Shown here in pieces: positions 17,822-25,638 of a stretch of 29,837 bases of DNA; positions within the stretch are counted from its first letter, which is position 1, and each line of letters opens with the position of its first letter. Under the pieces are notes generated by a model. The model searched no databases, was not told where the DNA came from, and worked only from the letters and a program-made list of their open reading frames with translations. The translations under genes and the position numbers were made by a program. Source of the stretch: Promethearchaeota archaeon (GTDB taxonomy: Archaea; Asgardarchaeota; Lokiarchaeia; Sigyniarchaeales; SOKP01); NCBI GenBank assembly GCA_013375475.1, contig JABXKD010000045.1, forward strand, positions 1 through 29,837, read 5' to 3'.

Positions 17822-20029
17822 TTAAAGTATTTTTTTTAGTTCCAAAATCAAGTTTTTAGGATTAACTCGATCGAATTGGAATATTTCAGCGCTTCCGTAT
17901 TTTTTAAAGTTTTTTTTTATGTTGTCGGCCGCAAAGGTATTCACACCTAAAGCTCGCGTTGCGTATGATTTTTTAGGCTCCAACACCACCATGTGCGCTC
18001 CTTTTTTAGATAGTTGTTTTGTCAAAACTTTTAATTCGTTAACAATTAAAGTGTAGTCTGATTGGATTTGAGCGACTAAGTCGGGATATTTATAAGATAT
18101 GTTTGCTCCCATGTCGCTACAGACAAAAACAACCGGAATTATGTTTCTATTTTTTAATTTCTCAGCGTCTATTAATTTTATACATTTTGTTAACGCTGCG
18201 GCCATAGGGGTGTAAGATTTTCCTTCAACTTTTTTGAGTTTGTTAACGGCAGATTTGAAGTAAACTGTAGGCTTTTGAAGAACTACAGCCTCCTTAGCTC
18301 TAAAAATAATTAAACTTAACTTATCTTTTTTCCTGTAGCCTTCTCGCTGGAGAGAAAGAATAACATCAGTCATTTGTTTGATTACGTAATACATTGAAGC
18401 TGAGCTATCGAGAACGAAAAAAAGTACTAGGGGAGCTCGATACTCGTAAATTTTATCCATTAAATCGTATTTATCAAATTTAATTGGAAATGATATATCC
18501 GTCTGGTTGTAAATTGTATTTTTTAAATAACTCCGTATTGTCGCGTCGAGAGCAATAGTTTTAGGACGATTAAGCGGCCTCCTGTATGAAACATACCTAC
18601 CTTTTTGAGAAGAAGCGATTTTTATGCGCCTTCCGATTCCCCTACCACCATAATCGGAAACTTTTCTATCTTTTCTTATCGTATCTAATACAGAAGTCAT
18701 TTTTGTTTCCATTTGGTAAATTAATGGCAGCGATTCAATTCCATTTTCAAAAAAATTGAATTCTCGGTCGTCGTAATCTGGTATATCTTTTACTTTCCAA
18801 CCTCCAGCAGGTGAGGGACTTCTTTTCTTGTTGTCGGGATATTTAGGGGGGGGTAGCTTTTGTTCTTTAGTTTCTGGAACATCAACTTTTTTTGGATCAA
18901 CTGATTGGCGCTTGAATTCTTTTTGTGGAGTTTCATCGTGCTTTAAAGGTCCTTCAGTATCTTTATTTGGTTGATAGATTTTTGGATCTTCGTAGGCTTT
19001 TTGTATTTTCCCATACACTTCTACTATTTTAGCTTTGACTTCTTCTGGAGTCATTTCGTAGTGGAGCGATTTTATTCTGTGCTCGAAAACTAAATCCATT
19101 GCTGCATTTAAATCTTCTTCAGCGACTTCAGTTCTTCCGTTTAACGCAGCGTGGGCACGAGCACACCTGATAAAAGTTATATCAGCTCTTTGAGAAAAAA
19201 TATCCAATTCGTTAACTAACTTCGAAACGAATTCATAGACGGAGGCAGGAATTTTGACATCCTTAATCAATTTACGCGCTTTTACTATTTTTTTTCTTAA
19301 TTCTTCTTGCTCTTGCTCGTATTTTTTAATAAAAGCTTTAGGATTGTCGTCGAAATCAATCACTCGTTTTGTGATTTCAGCGCGTAGTTTAGCATCTCGT
19401 GGAGCCTTTATTTTTACTTCTAAACCCAGTCTGTCTGCTATTTGTGGGCGAAGATCTCCTTCTTCTGGATTCATTGAACCAACTAATATGAACCGAGAAG
19501 GGTGCATAACAGAAATTCCTTCCCTTTCAATAATATTCACACCAGAAGCAGAAGCATCTAATAAAGTATCGACTATATGATCTTGGAGTAAATTTATCTC
19601 ATCAATATAGAGAATACCACGATTAGCTTTAGCAAGAAGTCCAGGGTGTAAGCTCCTTATCCCTTCAGTTAATACTTTGTCAATTGATAGCGAACCTGTT
19701 ACCATATCTTCTGTAACTCCTAAGGGTAAGTTAATTAACCGCATTTCTTTAAATTGAATACTTAGTTCACCCTTTTCTTTTCTTTCGCGGCATTCTTCGC
19801 ATAGATCATCAACATGGGATTTAGGATTGCATGAAAACTGACAATCTTTAACTACTTCTATATCTGGCATTACTTCTACGAGAGAGCGAACACCCGTTGA
19901 TTTTCCAGTGCCTTGCTGACCAGTTAACAAAACTCCACCGATTTGAGGGTCAATAACATTCAAAATAAGTCCGAGTTTCATTCTATCTTGTCCCAAAATA
20001 GCAACAAATGGGAATTGAGCTTTACGCAT
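17822..20029 (-). CDS. Mg/Co-chelatase ChlI/ChlD-type AAA+ ATPase fused to a vWA domain
   Basis: FPFVAILGQD, GGVLLTGQQGTGKST (Walker A), GLLAKANRGILYIDEINLL (Walker B), NPEEGDLRPQIADR, a Pro-rich charged linker, then vWA with MIDAS FVLDSSASM / YTP / SD. Confidence 0.9.
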   Translation of the reverse strand: MRKAQFPFVAILGQDRMKLGLILNVIDPQIGGVLLTGQQGTGKSTGVRSLVEVMPDIEVVKDCQFSCNPKSHVDDLCEECRERKEKGELSIQFKEMRLINLPLGVTEDMVTGSLSIDKVLTEGIRSLHPGLLAKANRGILYIDEINLLQDHIVDTLLDASASGVNIIEREGISVMHPSRFILVGSMNPEEGDLRPQIADRLGLEVKIKAPRDAKLRAEITKRVIDFDDNPKAFIKKYEQEQEELRKKIVKARKLIKDVKIPASVYEFVSKLVNELDIFSQRADITFIRCARAHAALNGRTEVAEEDLNAAMDLVFEHRIKSLHYEMTPEEVKAKIVEVYGKIQKAYEDPKIYQPNKDTEGPLKHDETPQKEFKRQSVDPKKVDVPETKEQKLPPPKYPDNKKRSPSPAGGWKVKDIPDYDDREFNFFENGIESLPLIYQMETKMTSVLDTIRKDRKVSDYGGRGIGRRIKIASSQKGRYVSYRRPLNRPKTIALDATIRSYLKNTIYNQTDISFPIKFDKYDLMDKIYEYRAPLVLFFVLDSSASMYYVIKQMTDVILSLQREGYRKKDKLSLIIFRAKEAVVLQKPTVYFKSAVNKLKKVEGKSYTPMAAALTKCIKLIDAEKLKNRNIIPVVFVCSDMGANISYKYPDLVAQIQSDYTLIVNELKVLTKQLSKKGAHMVVLEPKKSYATRALGVNTFAADNIKKNFKKYGSAEIFQFDRVNPKNLILELKKIL

Positions 20030-20123
20030 AATTATCTAACTTAGTTAAATGAGTAATATGGTATGGAAAACAATAAGTAAAATAAAGATTTGCCCTTTAA
20101 ACAAAAGATTAAAAGTAGGAGTA

Positions 20124-21122
20124 TCAAAATGCAAATTTTTTGGCTATTTCTGTGAGTTTAGTGTTTAATTGAGAAACTGTATTGTCCCACTGAGATAAAA
20201 TCGTATCGATTTTAGGGATAATTATAGATCTCTCTTTATATTCTAGGTAATTCATAAATTCTCTGATATTTTCAACTTTAATGAAAGTTTCAGCTATAAA
20301 TTTTCTTATATCGCGAGTTTGACTACTAAGAACTTCATGTATTCTATGGGATTCTCCCGTTCGAGATAAAGTGTGTAGATATTCTTCAACACCTTGTAGA
20401 AGTGAATTCAATTCATTTATCCGACTATCAATAAATTTGTCATAAATTTCAAAGACATTTTCACCAGAAAAGAAATTAGTGATGTCAATAGCCAATTTCT
20501 GAGCAGATCTTACCATTTGCTCATTATCTTCAAAGCCTTCAATCTTATATTCAACTTCGTAAAAATTGCTATACCTGTCGTTTGGATCTTCCATTCTAAA
20601 AATTTTAAATCCGGGATCGTCCCTTAGCTGTCTTACGGGATCACCTGCTTTTTGGGGAAGTTCAATTTGCCTTATAAGTCTGTCGGGATTGAAAACGAGC
20701 GCTATTGCTAATGGATTATGAGCTTGATACGAGATAGTAGTTTTACGATCTCCAAACCCAGATAGCATTACTTTAAATCCAGGGTGACTATGCCACCAAC
20801 CTACAGTGAAGTCTCCTCTTGAAAATGCCTCTTCATCAATTAAGGCAAAAGATTCGTGATCTTCGTCAGAATATTCGTAGCCATCAATAACAGTACGAGG
20901 ATCAGATTCATCAACATTAGCGTCATTGGGATCAAAAGTGTCATGCATTATTGGGTAGCATGCTGAAACATAGAGATCTTTCCCATTTTTATTTTCGATG
21001 AATTTCCCAGTAAAAATTCCACTTACTTCTTTCCAATCCTCTTTGGGTCTTTTTCTATTAGCAAATCTTACGCAGGCTGCAACAACAGTAAAATATACTT
21101 CTTTTGGGATAATAACAGTCAT
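20124..21122 (-). CDS. MPN/JAB1 (JAMM-like) domain protein with C-terminal helical region
   Basis: KEVSGIFTG (catalytic Glu), CYPI, VGWWHSHPGFKVMLSGFGD, AIALVFNP. Start placed at ATG 21122 (MTVIIPKEVY, first MPN strand) instead of the TTG at 21227 used by the ORF track. Confidence 0.85.
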   Translation of the reverse strand: MTVIIPKEVYFTVVAACVRFANRKRPKEDWKEVSGIFTGKFIENKNGKDLYVSACYPIMHDTFDPNDANVDESDPRTVIDGYEYSDEDHESFALIDEEAFSRGDFTVGWWHSHPGFKVMLSGFGDRKTTISYQAHNPLAIALVFNPDRLIRQIELPQKAGDPVRQLRDDPGFKIFRMEDPNDRYSNFYEVEYKIEGFEDNEQMVRSAQKLAIDITNFFSGENVFEIYDKFIDSRINELNSLLQGVEEYLHTLSRTGESHRIHEVLSSQTRDIRKFIAETFIKVENIREFMNYLEYKERSIIIPKIDTILSQWDNTVSQLNTKLTEIAKKFAF

Positions 21123-21375
21123 AGTTTGAATTTTGACTATAGTATTTGAACAATTAATACCATTACATATATTTATGTCTTTATTTTTACTTATGATACC
21201 CGATTCTGTTGGCGAAGGAGTATTCAACCATAAATATTATAACTACGGAAAGATTGATTTTGCTTGGTTGAACATAAAATTATTTAAAGTCAAAATTTAT
21301 CATAATATTATTATTTCAATAAATCAATCTGATTTCAACTGATTAGAATATATACCAAATAGAGTTGACTAAATT

Positions 21376-22020
21376 ATTTCTGAAAAAGGATTTGAACCCC
21401 TTAGTAGCCAATTAGGAATCCCTGGAACATCGTACAGAATTCAGTTAGGGCTCATAAATGGCAAGTGGGCATCTCGTTTGCTAAAGGGCAATACTTTAAT
21501 AGATTCATATGTTTATAAGGATGAAGATATGAGCGCGTCTGGATTCCCTAATCAAAATCTCATAGTAGGTTGGGTATTGAGGACAGTAGCAATTCCAAAT
21601 ATTAATCCTCACCAAATAATGAAAACCACGCAAGCCTTAACAAAACAAGCGATTACGAAAAAAGAAGAAAAGAAAGTTGTAGCACCCATCGAAGAAGCTA
21701 AAAAAGTAGAGTTAGAAAAGGTTCCTGTAAGCGAACTAAAAAGACCTATGGTAACAGGATGGGTAAAAGAAGAGGGGATTAAATCGGTCCTAGAGTTAGA
21801 AGAGGAAAAACGCCAAGCATTCCAAGAAAGAATGAAATACAAAAAAGAAGAAGAGAAAATCTATGCAGAAGATACTACTACTTCTACCTTAAAAACAACA
21901 AGAGAGTTGCCACAAATACCAAAAGGAGAGGGAGCCGAAACTTCGACTTTTTGTCCTCACTGTGGGAAAGATTTAGGATGGAAATTCTGCCCATACTGCG
22001 GAAAACCTCTACCGCATTAA
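21376..22020 (+). CDS. Hypothetical protein with charged linker and C-terminal double zinc ribbon; probable non-canonical ATT start
   Basis: C-terminal FCPHCG...FCPYCGKPL. The frame is open from 21373 (after TAA at 21370-21372) and encodes ISEKGFEPLSSQLGIPGTSYRIQLGLINGKWASR before the TTG at 21478 called by the ORF track. Confidence 0.75.
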   Translation: MSEKGFEPLSSQLGIPGTSYRIQLGLINGKWASRLLKGNTLIDSYVYKDEDMSASGFPNQNLIVGWVLRTVAIPNINPHQIMKTTQALTKQAITKKEEKKVVAPIEEAKKVELEKVPVSELKRPMVTGWVKEEGIKSVLELEEEKRQAFQERMKYKKEEEKIYAEDTTTSTLKTTRELPQIPKGEGAETSTFCPHCGKDLGWKFCPYCGKPLPH

Positions 22021-22270
22021 TTAAATAAATTTTATTTTATAATTTCTTTTTAATTTTGCATATAAATATAGAAATTCACACATTTTTTGAAACTTAGGTA
22101 TCCCAACATTTTTTGTAGAGATTTTAAAGTAGGAAAAAAAGATATAAATGAAATAGAAGAATAAATTATCATTTACTATATATTTATATTAAGTGCTCAA
22201 AATTAAAATTGTTAAAAATATAAATCTAATCTAATAATTTTTCAGTTTCTAAAAGTTTAAGTGAGTAAAT

Positions 22271-23725
22271 ATGGGGAAAGATGTAGATAGTAGCGTAGTT
22301 AAGATAAAACCTGACGCTTATTATAAAATGATTCTGCACGTTTTTCGATTTGGTAATAGAGCTAGAAATCACTCTCAAAATATTGAAGTTATGGGTGTTC
22401 TCATTGGTCATCTCGAAGAGGGCGAAGATAAAAAATTTAAGAACGTGATAATAGAGGATGCTGTGCCTATTTCGCACGGTAGTAGCGTAGAAGTTGAATT
22501 TTCAATCAATGATTACATATTCTTTGAAAAAGCTAATTCCATGTATTTAGAAAAAAACTGGTTTATGGTTGGCTGGTATCATAGCCACCCCGATTTATTC
22601 CAACACAAAATTTTCTTTTCACCTACAGACGTTAAGAATCAATTTGGATGGCAAAACGAATTGAATCCTAGTGGAATAGCCTTAGTGTTTGATCACGCAT
22701 ATTTGGATAACCCTGAAGATCCGGGATTTAGAGCAATTCGTTTAACGAACCCTACTAACGTCAGAGATTCGAGTGTTCACCAAGTAACTGCTATAGTAGA
22801 ACCCCCAGATAGCCTTGAATATTATTTTAAAATAGTAGAATTAATTAATTGTGTTCATACAAAAGACCCTCCCATAACGGAAGAAAATGAGACCGCTGAC
22901 ATTTTCGGAGATGTGAAAGTTCCTAAGCTAAATCAATTACAATTTAAACAACCAATGATCGATCAACATAAGGTTATAGAATCTTTTCAGATAGGACTTG
23001 CTAATTTTCTGGATTTATCTTTAACCCCCTTAATAGACTTCCTTAATTCTATCAGCACAAATATTTCAGGAGAAATTGAGAATAATAATGTAGAAATTAG
23101 TACAAATTTAAATCAGCTAAAAGAACTGATTAACACTGGGATTGACAAAATACAAAGGAAATATAAAGACGATCTAAACGCGGAATTATTTAATGCAGAG
23201 GGTTATGTTGACGACTTTTTAGACCAAATCGATGGGTATCAGGGAGAAATTATTACTATATTAGATGAAATAAAAGAAATCGTTGAAGTGAAAGTTAGTG
23301 ACCTATTGAAAGAAAAATTTGATGTATTGAAAAACGAATTTTCAAGAGATTATGACGAGTTTCATAAGAAATTAGTAGATTTTAATAGTGATATTTCAGT
23401 TAATCTTGATAATTTGGAAAAGATTGAAACCTCCTTAAACTCCTTATCAGAAAAAATCAATACTATAAAGGAAACAACTCTTGAAAAAATAAAAAAGATG
23501 CAAAAAGAAACTTCTGATGTAACATCAAAGAAGCAAAGTAAAGCATTAGGTATTCTAACTGATCTAAATAAAAAATCGCAGAAATTCTTGACTAACATGA
23601 AAGCAGCTGTTCTTATTTTGGAAAGCACAAAAAAGCCCATATTTGAAAAGATTGATAAATTGGAGTCAGAAAAAAAACAACTCTTGTCTAAAATTAAAGA
23701 ACTTGAAAAAGGAGGTTCAGATTAA
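22271..23725 (+). CDS. MPN/JAB1 (JAMM) domain protein with long C-terminal coiled coil
   Basis: VKIKPDAYYKMILH, IEVMGVLIG (Glu), DAVPISHG, VGWYHSHP..x10..SPTD, GIALVFD, and about 250 aa of heptad-rich C-terminus. Confidence 0.9.
   Translation: MGKDVDSSVVKIKPDAYYKMILHVFRFGNRARNHSQNIEVMGVLIGHLEEGEDKKFKNVIIEDAVPISHGSSVEVEFSINDYIFFEKANSMYLEKNWFMVGWYHSHPDLFQHKIFFSPTDVKNQFGWQNELNPSGIALVFDHAYLDNPEDPGFRAIRLTNPTNVRDSSVHQVTAIVEPPDSLEYYFKIVELINCVHTKDPPITEENETADIFGDVKVPKLNQLQFKQPMIDQHKVIESFQIGLANFLDLSLTPLIDFLNSISTNISGEIENNNVEISTNLNQLKELINTGIDKIQRKYKDDLNAELFNAEGYVDDFLDQIDGYQGEIITILDEIKEIVEVKVSDLLKEKFDVLKNEFSRDYDEFHKKLVDFNSDISVNLDNLEKIETSLNSLSEKINTIKETTLEKIKKMQKETSDVTSKKQSKALGILTDLNKKSQKFLTNMKAAVLILESTKKPIFEKIDKLESEKKQLLSKIKELEKGGSD
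23711..23715 (+). promoter_or_regulatory. Shine-Dalgarno-like GGAGG for the 23728 gene, embedded in the end of the upstream MPN gene
   Basis: AAAGGAGGTTCAGATTAAAGATG: GGAGG lies 12 nt before the ATG, and the intergenic gap is 2 nt. Confidence 0.5.
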
Positions 23726-23727
23726 AG

Positions 23728-25110
23728 ATGACTGATGAAAAAGAAGCAGTAAGTGAAAGTGGAAAAATTTTTATAAAGATGAGCGCGTTTAACGACATGC
23801 TTTCCCATGTCCTAAGATTTACTAATATATCTCTTGATTTTCATGATCAAGTTTTGGGATTTTGCCTAGGGAATAGAGATCCTAATAATAACAATCTTAT
23901 TGTAAGTCAGGTTATTCCAATAACCCATGGTGACATTGTCGAGTTAGGGTTTTCCGAAAAGATTCACAAATTTTTAGTCCAAACTAAAGAAGAGACAGAA
24001 GGCAAGGATATTGAGGTATTAGGGTGGTATCACAGCCATCCTGAAAGCGAATCGTTTTTCTTTTCTGATGTTGACAAAAAAAATCATCTTAATTTTCAGA
24101 ATGAAAAGACTCCTAATGCCTTTGGAATTGTTTTTGATCATTCCAAACTCCAAATGGGAAGTAATTTTGGTTTAGAAGTCTTTCGTTTAGAGGAACCTAA
24201 AAAGGGAGTAAAAAGTAAAGCGATTAAGGTTGAATATGAAATAGAAGCACCCAAATCTTTAGATTTCTATAGAAGGATTCAAAAACTCGTTGAATATGGT
24301 CAAATGAAAAACCCAATAATAATTCGAGAGAAATTGGAGATGAACGATCAAATTCCTCCCGATCTTCAAGAAATTCCTATGTCTGTAGAACAATTGGATT
24401 CCGATGTCGAACTAAAATATCCAAACATTGAACCGGTCGTAGAAGGAGTTAAGAAAGGTCTACAAAACTTTTCTAACTTAGTCTTGAATAATTACAAAAT
24501 GGAGCTAGAAACATGGTCTACGGAATTTAACGATGGAGCACTAATAGGTTTAGCAAAAATTAGTAATTCCATATCATATATGAATTCAGCAATAAACAAT
24601 GGGTTTGAGAAAGTAGAAAAATGGATAGACCTTAATTTTAAAGAAAGAATTGACGAATATAAAGGTAAGATAGAGGGATACGTAAAGAAACGTATTGTAG
24701 GTCAAGAAGATTTAAAATCTAATACATCTAATATAAAAGAAAGTTTAATAAATGAAATCAATAAAAATCTAGAGCAAAGTATCGAGGTTATCACTAAATC
24801 TATTAAGAAAGATCTGAATGAAACCATTAACAAATTGTATGAACTTTCAATGCAAGATAAAAAGATTAAAGAAAGCATTGAGAAATCAAGCAATCAAATC
24901 TCCAATCTGACATATATGATCGAAAATCTTTCAATTGACATGTTAAAAGGGATAAGCGCCATCAATCACCCCTTCGAATTAAATTTGAGTACAAATTATG
25001 ATAAAACCATTTCAGAACTCGAGCTTTTTAACAGTAACTTCGTTGAGCTTGAAGAATTAATAGAAAGACTTCAATCTATAATTCCTGATTTCAGGAATAT
25101 TAAAAAATAA
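23728..25110 (+). CDS. MPN/JAB1 domain protein (Glu->Gln at the catalytic position) with long C-terminal coiled coil
   Basis: IFIKMSAFNDMLSH, DQVLGFCLG (Q where the paralogs have E), VIPITHG, LGWYHSHP..x8..SDVD, AFGIVFD, coiled-coil C-terminus. Confidence 0.9.
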   Translation: MTDEKEAVSESGKIFIKMSAFNDMLSHVLRFTNISLDFHDQVLGFCLGNRDPNNNNLIVSQVIPITHGDIVELGFSEKIHKFLVQTKEETEGKDIEVLGWYHSHPESESFFFSDVDKKNHLNFQNEKTPNAFGIVFDHSKLQMGSNFGLEVFRLEEPKKGVKSKAIKVEYEIEAPKSLDFYRRIQKLVEYGQMKNPIIIREKLEMNDQIPPDLQEIPMSVEQLDSDVELKYPNIEPVVEGVKKGLQNFSNLVLNNYKMELETWSTEFNDGALIGLAKISNSISYMNSAINNGFEKVEKWIDLNFKERIDEYKGKIEGYVKKRIVGQEDLKSNTSNIKESLINEINKNLEQSIEVITKSIKKDLNETINKLYELSMQDKKIKESIEKSSNQISNLTYMIENLSIDMLKGISAINHPFELNLSTNYDKTISELELFNSNFVELEELIERLQSIIPDFRNIKK

Positions 25111-25203
25111 TAAAAGATAATTTTTTTATTTATTAGCTAATTTTAACTTACGAAACAAGGTTATAAATAGAATATAGATTGTAGAATTTTGCTAATTTGG
25201 TAA

Positions 25204-25491
25204 TTAATGATATTGAAGTCCCGCAACTTTCGATATCTGTAACTTATATTTTGGGATGTTTGTCCCAAGACGCTTAAGTTGATTATTTTTGGCTACAGAG
25301 GACAGAATTCTTCCAATTCGGTCGACCTTAATATCGACGCCGTAATTATCTTTTAAAACTGAGTTTATTTTATAAGACGATAAAATCACTACATCTGAAA
25401 TGTTCCTTTCAGCTAACATTTCAATCCCTTGCTTGACAAGGTTTATCAAGGTTTCTTTATCTGGTTTATTTGGCTGATTTTCCATCTGCAT
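25204..25491 (-). CDS. Small basic hypothetical protein, possible winged-helix fold
   Basis: Helix, then SSYKINSVLKDNYGV, VDRIGRILSSVAKNNQL and a terminal beta hairpin (KRLGTNIPKYKL), compatible with a wHTH. ATG start. Confidence 0.7.
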   Translation of the reverse strand: MQMENQPNKPDKETLINLVKQGIEMLAERNISDVVILSSYKINSVLKDNYGVDIKVDRIGRILSSVAKNNQLKRLGTNIPKYKLQISKVAGLQYH

Positions 25492-25638
25492 TATAATTAT
25501 TATTAGAGTCCTTTTAAATTTTAAGCAATAAAATCTAGAAAAGTATTGAGAATAAAAAACTATTTTTCTTTCAATTCATATACGAAAAATAATAATTTTT
25601 TTTTTAAAAACATTTCTTCCCAACAAACTTATTATTTG

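Noticed and set aside
17822-20029. Calling the AAA-vWA gene a true chlorophyll Mg-chelatase (chlD/bchD)
   Set aside because: Family membership is clear, but there are no chlH/cobN or tetrapyrrole genes in the window and the host looks like an anaerobic archaeon; function left open.
21209-21262. GGCGAAGGAG...CCATAAA resembling the 5' part of a fluoride (crcB) riboswitch
   Set aside because: The P1 pairing partner (TTCGCC) and the 3' GACTCCTAC-type pseudoknot strand are absent, and no fluoride-related gene follows.
21123-21342. N-terminal extension of the MPN ORF to TTG 21227 and the overlapping + strand ORF 21133..21342
   Set aside because: The extension is Asn/Ile-rich low-complexity sequence before the first MPN strand, and both lie in a divergent promoter region; probably non-coding.
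25546-25638. Extended TTG start of the large membrane protein
   Set aside because: The leader is poly-A/poly-T sequence (NNNFFFK) inside a divergent promoter gap; ATG 25639 or 25645 is more plausible.
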